NCBI GenBank assembly: GCA_045611635.1
Contig: JAZKXL010000075.1
Coordinates: 1 to 51,883, forward strand
Direction of reading: 5' to 3'
Length of the DNA stretch: 51,883 nucleotides
DNA from: Candidatus Fimenecus sp.
Lineage (GTDB): Bacteria; Bacillota; Clostridia; Oscillospirales; Acutalibacteraceae
The position numbers and the translations under genes are program-made. How positions within the stretch are numbered: position 1 is the stretch's first letter; each line of letters begins with the position of its first letter. The notes beneath the pieces are model-generated. The model was not told where the DNA came from and did not search any database. It saw only the letters and a program-made list of their open reading frames with translations. Below, in pieces: positions 8,273 to 15,418 of this stretch.

Positions 8273-10162
8273 ATGCTTATCTCTTTACAAAACATCAATA
8301 AAAGTTTTCTTGACAAAAGCATATTAAAAGATATAAACCTCACTGTTAATGAAAAGGACCGTATTGGTCTTTTGGGTATTAACGGTGTGGGTAAAACTAC
8401 CCTTTTAAACATTATATCAGGCGTACTTGAATATGATGAAGGCACATTAGCAACTAAATCAAATATTAGAATTGGCTATTTAAAACAAAACGAATCACTT
8501 GACACATCAAACACACTTCGTCAAGAAATTCAAAATGCTTTGAAGCTTGCTTTTGATACAAGAAAACAACTTGAAGAAATATCAAAGAAAATGGTAACAG
8601 CAAGTAGTGATGAATACGCTCAACTTGAAGCAAAATATGAGTATCTTACAAATATTTATGATGCTTGCGATGGTTACAATGCGGAAGTCCGCATAAATAC
8701 AATACTTAATGGTATGGGTTTTGGTGATTTTAACTTAGATGGTAGTATATCCGTGCTTTCAGGCGGTGAAAAAACTCGATTTGCACTTGCAAAAATTCTT
8801 GTTGAAAATCCAAATTTGCTTATTCTTGATGAACCAACTAACCATCTTGATTTCACTATGCTTAATTGGCTTGAGAATTATCTCAAATCATATAAAGGTG
8901 CAGTAATTGTTGTATCTCACGATAGATATTTCTTAAATGCAGTTGCATCTGATATTTGCGAAATTGAAAATGGTGAATTGGTAAGATATAAAGGTGGTTA
9001 CTCTTCATTCTTAAAACAAAAAGAGGAAAGAATTAAAACGCTTACCAAAGAATACGAAAAACAGCAAAAAGAAATTGAGCAATTACGAGATTATGTTCGC
9101 AAAAATCTTGCAAAATCAAGTAGTATAAACAGTGTTGGCTCTCGCGTTAAAGCTCTTGAAAAAATGGAATTAGCGGCTAAACCTAATCCTAAAGTGAAGG
9201 ATTTGCACATTGCATTTCCGTTTGATATTGAGCCACATAAAACCATTCTTGAGTGTAAAAATTTAAAAATCAGCGTTGGAAATGGCATTACCAAACGAAT
9301 CCTTTTTGAAAACTTTAATCTTGAAATTTTTCGCGGTGAAAAAGTTGCTTTTGTTGGCAAAAATGGTGTTGGAAAATCAACACTTTTGAAAGCAATTCTT
9401 AAAATGACAACCTATGAAGGTATTGTTCGTTGGGGCGGAAATGTAAAAATTTCATATTTTGACCAGGAATTGTCTTCTCTTGATTTAAATATGACTGTAC
9501 TTGAGTCGGTGCATCGCAAATTTCCAACAAAAACTGAATATGAAATAAGGAGTATGCTTGCTCGTTTTCTAATCGAAGATGAAGATGTATTTAAACGAAT
9601 TCGTGAAATGAGTGGTGCAAATCGTGCAAAAGTTGTGCTTTGTATAATTGCGTTTGAACGCTCAAATGTACTTGTTTTAGACGAGCCGACAAATCACCTT
9701 GACTATAAAGCAAAAGAAGCGTTAGATGCCGCATTACACCTTTATGAGGGCACTATAATTATGGTTTCTCACGATAGATATTTACTTAATTCAGTTCCTA
9801 CAAAAATAATCGAGATGAAGCCACAAGATATTGTAATTTATAATGGCAATTATGATTATTATAAAGAACATTCAGTTGTTGAAAATAAAACTGTGTCAGT
9901 GACAAAAGAAAAACACGACTCAGTCAAAACCTATGACGAGTCGCGAAAAAACAAGGCGGAAGATAGAAAACGCCGCGCTAAACTTATGAATACTGAAAAA
10001 GAAATAATGGTACTTCAAGCGGAAATTGATGAATTAAAAGAGCTTTGTAATAACCCTGATGTTTCAAGTGATTATACACGACTTTCCGAAATTTTAGATG
10101 AAATAAAAGTAAAAGAAGAACAACTTGAAGAACTTGAAACGATTTGGCTTGAATTGGCTTAA
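8273..10162 (+). CDS. ABC-F family ATPase (tandem ABC domains, no membrane domain, C-terminal coiled coil)
   Basis: Two nucleotide-binding domains (NBDs): GINGVGKTT/LSGGEKTRFALA/LLILDEPTNHLD and GKNGVGKST/MSGANRAKVVL/VLVLDEPTNHLD. Charged linker and a K/E-rich C-terminus. The ORF-track start is 8258. ATG 8273 is preferred because GAAGGTG lies 6 nt upstream. Confidence 0.9.
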   Translation: MLISLQNINKSFLDKSILKDINLTVNEKDRIGLLGINGVGKTTLLNIISGVLEYDEGTLATKSNIRIGYLKQNESLDTSNTLRQEIQNALKLAFDTRKQLEEISKKMVTASSDEYAQLEAKYEYLTNIYDACDGYNAEVRINTILNGMGFGDFNLDGSISVLSGGEKTRFALAKILVENPNLLILDEPTNHLDFTMLNWLENYLKSYKGAVIVVSHDRYFLNAVASDICEIENGELVRYKGGYSSFLKQKEERIKTLTKEYEKQQKEIEQLRDYVRKNLAKSSSINSVGSRVKALEKMELAAKPNPKVKDLHIAFPFDIEPHKTILECKNLKISVGNGITKRILFENFNLEIFRGEKVAFVGKNGVGKSTLLKAILKMTTYEGIVRWGGNVKISYFDQELSSLDLNMTVLESVHRKFPTKTEYEIRSMLARFLIEDEDVFKRIREMSGANRAKVVLCIIAFERSNVLVLDEPTNHLDYKAKEALDAALHLYEGTIIMVSHDRYLLNSVPTKIIEMKPQDIVIYNGNYDYYKEHSVVENKTVSVTKEKHDSVKTYDESRKNKAEDRKRRAKLMNTEKEIMVLQAEIDELKELCNNPDVSSDYTRLSEILDEIKVKEEQLEELETIWLELA

Positions 10163-10169
10163 TTAAATA

Positions 10170-11405
10170 CTAAAAACTAGCCGGTGGTAATGATGAATGT
10201 TCACTTTTACCTGCCGGCATTTTTGTCCCATAAAGACGTCCTCCATTAAAAACAGTATCATTACCTAATTTCGAACGTATTCCAGTTAATGCATTATCTA
10301 TAGCACATATTTTGTTGTGTGCATCTATATCAAAGCCAATATGCAGTTGTTGAAAACTTTCTTCTCGCATAAGATTATATGTTTTTACTGTTATAGCACG
10401 AATGTTTCGCTTCCAAACATGCTTTTCAACAAGTAGCTTTTGTGCGATTTCACATATTTCTTTTGCATTATGAGTGGGAAATTCAAATTTTTCAGAATAT
10501 TGTTGAACCGATAAATTATCTTCTTTTACTGCTAATTGCACACCTGTTGCAAGTAGTTGCTCTCTTCTTAAGTTTTTAGCAACTTTTGTTGACAATTCCG
10601 TAATGACTCTTATTACTTCATTTACAGTTGCAAGAGACTCCATACAAGTAATTCCTCTACTTATGCTTTGTGGTACAGGTTTATTATCAATATGTGATAC
10701 GGGAGAACGGTCAAATCCATTTGCATAAGCCCACAAATCAACACCATTCTTACCAAGTATTTTCTTCATAAATTCAGGTTGTGTTTTAGCTATATTACCT
10801 ATAGTATTTATTCCATATTTTTGTAAAGCTTGGAATGTTTTTCTACCTACAAAAATCATTTCATTTGCATTAAGTGGCCATACTTTTTCCTTATAGTTTT
10901 CTTTTGAAATTACTGTTGTAGCATCGGGCTTTTTCATATCACTACCAAGTTTTGCAAAAACTTTATTAAAAGAAACACCTACCGATATTGTAAGTCCTAT
11001 TTCATTACGGACACTTTTTCGTATTTCTTCAGCTATGTAAAATCCATTACCAAAATTCTTTTCGCTACTGCTAACATCTAGCCAACATTCGTCCATACCA
11101 AAGGGCTCAATTAAATCAGTGTATCTTGAATAAATGCTTTTAACCTTTTCAGAATAATCATAGTATATATCAAAATCGGGATGCACAACTATAAGACTAC
11201 CACATTTACGTCTTGCTTCACTTATGGTATCACCAGTTTTTACACCGCAAATCTTAGCAGGTTGAGACTTAGCAAGAACTATTCCATGACGGTCATCTTC
11301 GCTGCCACACACCGCCACACACTTGCCTCTTAATTGAGGATTTTTCACACATTCTACTGATGCATAAAAATTATTCAAATCACAGTGCAAAATAATTCTT
11401 TCCAT
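10170..11405 (-). CDS. dinB: Y-family DNA polymerase (Pol IV / UvrX-YqjW-like translesion polymerase)
   Basis: 411 aa. N-terminus ILHCDLNNFYASVE and MDECWLDV catalytic acidic motifs. A LexA-type box lies in its promoter. Confidence 0.88.
   Translation of the reverse strand: MERIILHCDLNNFYASVECVKNPQLRGKCVAVCGSEDDRHGIVLAKSQPAKICGVKTGDTISEARRKCGSLIVVHPDFDIYYDYSEKVKSIYSRYTDLIEPFGMDECWLDVSSSEKNFGNGFYIAEEIRKSVRNEIGLTISVGVSFNKVFAKLGSDMKKPDATTVISKENYKEKVWPLNANEMIFVGRKTFQALQKYGINTIGNIAKTQPEFMKKILGKNGVDLWAYANGFDRSPVSHIDNKPVPQSISRGITCMESLATVNEVIRVITELSTKVAKNLRREQLLATGVQLAVKEDNLSVQQYSEKFEFPTHNAKEICEIAQKLLVEKHVWKRNIRAITVKTYNLMREESFQQLHIGFDIDAHNKICAIDNALTGIRSKLGNDTVFNGGRLYGTKMPAGKSEHSSLPPASF
10180..10224 (+). 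terminator. Candidate terminator for the ABC-F gene, lying inside the 3' end of the convergent polymerase CDS
   Basis: GCCGG-T-GGTAA (10180-10190) pairs with TTACC-T-GCCGGC (10207-10218), with a 16-nt loop, then ATTTTT (10219-10224). The stem is imperfect. Confidence 0.35.
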
Positions 11406-11432
11406 AAAATCACCTTTGTTTTTTATGAAACA

Positions 11433-11461
11433 ATTATACTGAACATTTGTTCTTATGTCAA
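11433..11461 (-). promoter_or_regulatory. Consensus sigma-A promoter with an embedded SOS (LexA/Cheo) box for the Y-family polymerase
   Basis: Minus strand reads TTGACA (11456-11461), 17 nt, TATAAT (11433-11438). The spacer contains GAAC-ATTT-GTTC (11441-11452), matching the Gram-positive GAAC-N4-GTTC operator core. Confidence 0.65.
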
Positions 11462-11535
11462 TGTAATTTTAAAAATCAAGTTAAAAATATCACCTCTTGT
11501 TATTAAAAAAATATAATGAATATAGGAGGTGTTAT

Positions 11536-12336
11536 ATGAATATATTTGTCATTATGGCGCTGATAGCAACATTGGGTACATGGTTTGTAACGGCATTAGG
11601 TGCTGCTACAGTTATCTTATTTAAATCACCTAACAAAAAAATATTAAACCTTATGCTTGGTTTTGCTTCAGGCGTTATGATTGCGGCAAGCTTTTGGTCT
11701 TTATTGCAACCAGCTATTGAGCGTGCAGAATTAATATTAAATATGCCAGCATATTTTGTTGTAACAATCGGTTTTTTATTTGGTGCAACCTTTATGTGGA
11801 TTTCTGATAAAACAGTTACATTTGCAAGGAATAAAGCTAATAATCCAAAATCTCAACCTAATGAAAAACTGCAAAGAATAATTATGCTAATTCTTTCAAT
11901 CACTCTTCACAACATACCTGAAGGTTTAGCGGTTGGTGTTGCTTTCGGTGCACTTCAAAACAACTTTTCTACCGAAAATCTATTGGGTGCAATATCAGTA
12001 GCAGTAGGTATTGGATTACAAAACTTTCCTGAAGGTGCAGCAATTTCATTGCCATTAAGACGTGAGGGATATTCAAGAAAAAAGAGTTTTTTATACGGTC
12101 AGGCATCCGGTATGGTTGAGCCAATTGCAGGTACAATAGGTGCATTATTGACTGTACATGTTGAAACAATACTCCCCTATGCTCTTTCTTTTGCCGCAGG
12201 TGCTATGATTTTAGTGGCAGTACATGAATTAATCCCTGAATGCCAAAAAAATCAAAAATTACAACCATATTTTGCAACTATGGGTATAGTATTAGGTTTT
12301 GCTACAATGATGTTGTTGGATGTTATGTTAGGGTAA
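11536..12336 (+). CDS. zupT: ZIP-family divalent metal transporter
   Basis: Polytopic membrane protein with HNIPEGLAVG and QNFPEGAAIS motifs. The ORF-track start is 11497. ATG 11536 is preferred because of the AGGAGGTG ribosome-binding site at 11524-11531. Confidence 0.85.
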   Translation: MNIFVIMALIATLGTWFVTALGAATVILFKSPNKKILNLMLGFASGVMIAASFWSLLQPAIERAELILNMPAYFVVTIGFLFGATFMWISDKTVTFARNKANNPKSQPNEKLQRIIMLILSITLHNIPEGLAVGVAFGALQNNFSTENLLGAISVAVGIGLQNFPEGAAISLPLRREGYSRKKSFLYGQASGMVEPIAGTIGALLTVHVETILPYALSFAAGAMILVAVHELIPECQKNQKLQPYFATMGIVLGFATMMLLDVMLG

Positions 12337-12341
12337 TAAAT

Positions 12342-12374
12342 AAGGGATACCAATTAGTATCCCTTTATTTTTTT
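12342..12374 (+). terminator. Rho-independent terminator after zupT
   Basis: AAGGGATAC (12342-12350) pairs with GTATCCCTT (12357-12365), followed by TATTTTTTT. Confidence 0.75.
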
Positions 12375-12493
12375 AGTTTTGAATTATTACACAATTTCTA
12401 ACACGGGTTGTAGATGATTACAAAATTGCATTTTAATACAACTGAAAATCGTATACAACCAAACCGACAAATTGGAAGTTATCAACACTGTTT

Positions 12494-13084
12494 TCACTTA
12501 TTTAATTTTTTTGTATGCACAAGATTTAATCCAAGTAAAAAAACGATGATGCAAACGGCAGAGCCAGTCGCAAGGTTCATAAAGCGAATCTCTATCTCTG
12601 ACATTCCCTCAAAGGACACAAGCATAGACCTTTGTAAAGAAAATATAGAAACAAATGCGTCTGCAAAAGATATGTTTCGTAATGTTATCAATTTTGCCGA
12701 TGTGCTTTTTCGTGCCTTTATCCATTTTATTGTTGCAAGTGTAATTTTTGTAAAAGCATATACTGCAATCGCAAGCATAACAATCAAATGAAAAACTGTA
12801 CCTCTATCCTTTATAAAAGCAAGGATTACTGTTCCAACAAGTGACAAAGATAACACCATTAACATTATTCCTGTAAATTGAATAACAAAGCGCTTCTTAC
12901 CTTTGTGTTGAAGAACTACAAAGCGAACAATACTCAATATTGCATAGTAAATACCGATTGAAAAAAGCCACCACGATTGTGTTGTTATACCAAAAACAAT
13001 GTGATAGACACTATAAATCATATTGAATAATAAGCTAATGAGTGCGAATTTTAGTGTCTTATTCATTTGCATTTTCTTTTCCAT
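12494..13084 (-). CDS. Polytopic membrane protein of unknown function (last gene of the TetR cassette)
   Basis: 196 aa with about 5-6 hydrophobic helices. It overlaps the TetR stop by 26 nt if it starts at 13084. Alternative ATGs at 13072 and 13066 shorten the overlap. No recognisable family motif. Confidence 0.6.
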   Translation of the reverse strand: MEKKMQMNKTLKFALISLLFNMIYSVYHIVFGITTQSWWLFSIGIYYAILSIVRFVVLQHKGKKRFVIQFTGIMLMVLSLSLVGTVILAFIKDRGTVFHLIVMLAIAVYAFTKITLATIKWIKARKSTSAKLITLRNISFADAFVSIFSLQRSMLVSFEGMSEIEIRFMNLATGSAVCIIVFLLGLNLVHTKKLNK

Positions 13085-13655
13085 AAATACATATCGCGAT
13101 TATTTTAGATATTTCATCAATTGACTTGTCACACCCATTTTTTAACCATTCACAAATTATGGCATTAACACCATTTAGATAGTACATCATCACATATTGT
13201 CTAATATCTGATGGATAGTTAAATCTATCAAGAATAGGATTAAATATTTTTTCAAACATTCGCTTGTACACATCTTCAAATCCAAAAATTTTATTTTGTG
13301 CCAATGCAACCTTAAATACTTCTTTATGGTCTTTAATATAGGTAAAATATGGTGTTAGATACTTATCGCAAATAAACACCAAGTCATTAAGTTCACATTC
13401 CATAAGATTGAACGCTATTGACTGTGTGTCAATTGAAAAATATGACAAAAATTCATCTAAAATATATCTTGTTGTTTCATTTAATAAATCGCCGATAGTT
13501 TCATAATGCAAGTAAAAAGTTGAACGATTTACTCCTGCCATTTTGCAAATCTCACTAACAGTAATATATTCAAACGGTTTCTTTTTCAGTAATGCAATCA
13601 ATGCAAGGTCCATTTTGGTGGCAGTATTAAAATATTTACTTTCGGATTTATTCAT
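13059..13655 (-). CDS. TetR/AcrR-family transcriptional regulator
   Basis: 198 aa. N-terminal helix-turn-helix ITVSEICKMAGVNRSTFYLHYETIGDLL. AAGGAG ribosome-binding site 7 nt upstream. Confidence 0.88.
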   Translation of the reverse strand: MNKSESKYFNTATKMDLALIALLKKKPFEYITVSEICKMAGVNRSTFYLHYETIGDLLNETTRYILDEFLSYFSIDTQSIAFNLMECELNDLVFICDKYLTPYFTYIKDHKEVFKVALAQNKIFGFEDVYKRMFEKIFNPILDRFNYPSDIRQYVMMYYLNGVNAIICEWLKNGCDKSIDEISKIIAICIYGKENANE

Positions 13656-13679
13656 ATTACCGCTCCTTGCAAATTTTGA

Positions 13680-14021
13680 TTATTTGTCTGCGATTTCACG
13701 GGCAAGTTGCACGATTTCATAGGCATATTTTGCCTTGCCTTTTTCAAGCATTTTTTTATAAATTGGATAATTAACACCGCAACCAATAAGGCCAACGATA
13801 CCGACAATTATGCCAAGTACCATGCTGTTTCCAATAACTTGCATTGCCAAGGACATACCTGTACCGAAAACAAGTGCAAATACAATGCCCCAAGTGTAAG
13901 TGAAAACAGTAGCAGGAAGTTTTGCTCGTTTATCCAGTTTTTTAAGGGCAACAATTTTTGAATCTTCTTTTGGTGCATAGTCCTTTGCGATTGATTCTGC
14001 TAAAATTTTATCTGTGTTCAT
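13680..14021 (-). CDS. Small two-helix membrane protein of unknown function (first gene of the TetR cassette)
   Basis: 113 aa. Charged N-terminus, two adjacent hydrophobic helices (VFTYTWGIVFALVFGTGMSLAM and MVLGIIVGIVGLIGCGV), basic C-terminus. AGGAGG ribosome-binding site. Confidence 0.6.
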   Translation of the reverse strand: MNTDKILAESIAKDYAPKEDSKIVALKKLDKRAKLPATVFTYTWGIVFALVFGTGMSLAMQVIGNSMVLGIIVGIVGLIGCGVNYPIYKKMLEKGKAKYAYEIVQLAREIADK

Positions 14022-14045
14022 ATTAAGAACCTCCTTTTTGATTTT

Positions 14046-14063
14046 GCAGTATTATTTTACTGC
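14046..14063. promoter_or_regulatory. Perfect 6-6-6 palindrome upstream of the TetR cassette (candidate operator or 5'-UTR hairpin)
   Basis: GCAGTA-TTATTT-TACTGC at 14046-14063, about 25 nt upstream of the start codon at 14021 and just upstream of its ribosome-binding site. Confidence 0.4.
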
Positions 14064-14175
14064 TCAAAAAGAAGGAATTGAACAACATAATATTTGAAAT
14101 TTGTTGATTTGTATAAAATAAACTATTATATACTGAATTAATTATATCACACAATTATAAAAAACTCTACCACAA

Positions 14176-14218
14176 TCAAAAAATTCCAATTCCAACCAAA
14201 TGGTTAAAATTGGAATTT
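14176..14218 (-). terminator. Terminator hairpin immediately downstream of tRNA-Pro
   Basis: AAAATTCCAATT (14180-14191) pairs with AATTGGAATTTT (14208-14219), with an inner AACC/GGTT pairing. The A-run at 14178-14183 gives a U-tract on the minus strand. Confidence 0.6.
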
Positions 14219-14294
14219 TGGTCGGAGTGACAGGACTTGAACCTGCGGCCTCTTGACCCCCAGTCAAGCGCGCTCCCAGCTGCGCCACACCCCG
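14219..14294 (-). tRNA. tRNA-Pro, anticodon GGG, with encoded CCA
   Basis: Reverse complement is CGGGGTG-TG-GCGC-AGCTGGGA-GCGC-G-CTTGA-CTGGGGG-TCAAG-AGGCC-GCAGG-TTCAAGT-CCTGT-CACTCCG-A-CCA. This folds by hand into a 76-nt cloverleaf with anticodon loop C-U-GGG-G-G. Confidence 0.9.
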
Positions 14295-14433
14295 ATATAG
14301 TAACGGGGATTATAATAACATAACCCCATGCATTTTTCAAGTGATTTTTTATCTTTATATTTTCAATTCTTTTTATAATTCCTTTGCCTTTTACTAATTT
14401 TTGTGGTAATATTTATTAAAAGGAGTTGGGAGT

Positions 14434-15351
14434 ATGAAATCAACGAAAAAACCAATTAAAATTATATTATCAGTAATTTCAATAATCTTAGTATTTATTA
14501 CTATATGGAGTGGTCTTATGTTTTGGTATTATCCACATTATAAAAAGAATAAAACTGAAATCACATTAAATGAAACTGTCAATAAAAATGAAGTTCGCAT
14601 AATGAGTTATAATCTTCGTTGTCTTAACCCTACTGATTTAGGCAAGAAAACTTGGTTTTATCGTGCTGATTTAATTATTAAATCAATCGAAAAAGAACAA
14701 CCCGGTATTATCGGCTTTCAAGAAGCTACAAAATGGCAATATAGTTATCTTTGTGACACAATGAATGGATATGATTCTATTATTACATATCGTGATGAAG
14801 CATTTAATTCTGAAGGATGCCCTGTCTTCTTCCGTACTGATTTATATACACTTATTGATAAGGGTTCGTTTTGGCTCTCTGAAACTCCTGAAAAAATGAG
14901 TAAAGGTTGGGATGCTGCTTGTTATAGAATTTGCAGTTATGCAATCCTTAAAGACAAAACTACAAAAAAAGAATTTGTTGTATTCAACACACATCTTGAC
15001 CATGTAAGCGACACCGCACGAATCAATGGTATTCAGGTAGTACTTGATAAAATTGCGGAGTTCGGCTCTCTCCCTGCAATTTTAATGGGCGACCTTAATG
15101 CTGAAGAAGATTCAGAAACATATAGAAGCGCAACTGCTAACTTTTTCGATACAAAATACCAACTTGAAAACCCAATGATAAGTTGTACTTATCAAAATTT
15201 TGGTGAAGAACTTGACAGCAATTGCATTGACTATGTAATGATTTCAAAGACAGGTTTCAAGGTCAACTCATACAAAGTAATTACTGAAACTTACGACGGA
15301 GTTTACACAAGTGACCACTTCCCGTTATCAGTAAATCTTTCTTTTGAATAA
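14434..15351 (+). CDS. Endonuclease/exonuclease/phosphatase (EEP) family protein with an N-terminal membrane anchor
   Basis: 305 aa. N-terminal TM helix. EEP motifs MSYNLRC, GFQEA, NTHLDH, GDLNAE, SDHFPL. Confidence 0.82.
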   Translation: MKSTKKPIKIILSVISIILVFITIWSGLMFWYYPHYKKNKTEITLNETVNKNEVRIMSYNLRCLNPTDLGKKTWFYRADLIIKSIEKEQPGIIGFQEATKWQYSYLCDTMNGYDSIITYRDEAFNSEGCPVFFRTDLYTLIDKGSFWLSETPEKMSKGWDAACYRICSYAILKDKTTKKEFVVFNTHLDHVSDTARINGIQVVLDKIAEFGSLPAILMGDLNAEEDSETYRSATANFFDTKYQLENPMISCTYQNFGEELDSNCIDYVMISKTGFKVNSYKVITETYDGVYTSDHFPLSVNLSFE

Positions 15352-15418
15352 AAATTAACTTGATTTTAATTGGAATATAATGTAATATGTACATTATATT
15401 GACATCGGAGGTTTTACA

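Noticed and set aside
12414-12791. 125-aa plus-strand ORF overlapping the minus-strand membrane-protein gene of the TetR cassette.
   Set aside because: It has no ribosome-binding site and starts in the zupT terminator-distal spacer. Its translation has no hydrophobic or domain pattern. The minus-strand frame encodes regular TM helices and is translationally coupled to the TetR gene.
14176-14433. Lone tRNA-Pro(GGG) as a possible integration hotspot or island boundary for the neighbouring TetR cassette or the EEP/M28/lipoprotein genes.
   Set aside because: No integrase, excisionase or transposase is present. I could find no direct repeat of the tRNA 3' end anywhere in the window, and no phage or plasmid genes flank it.
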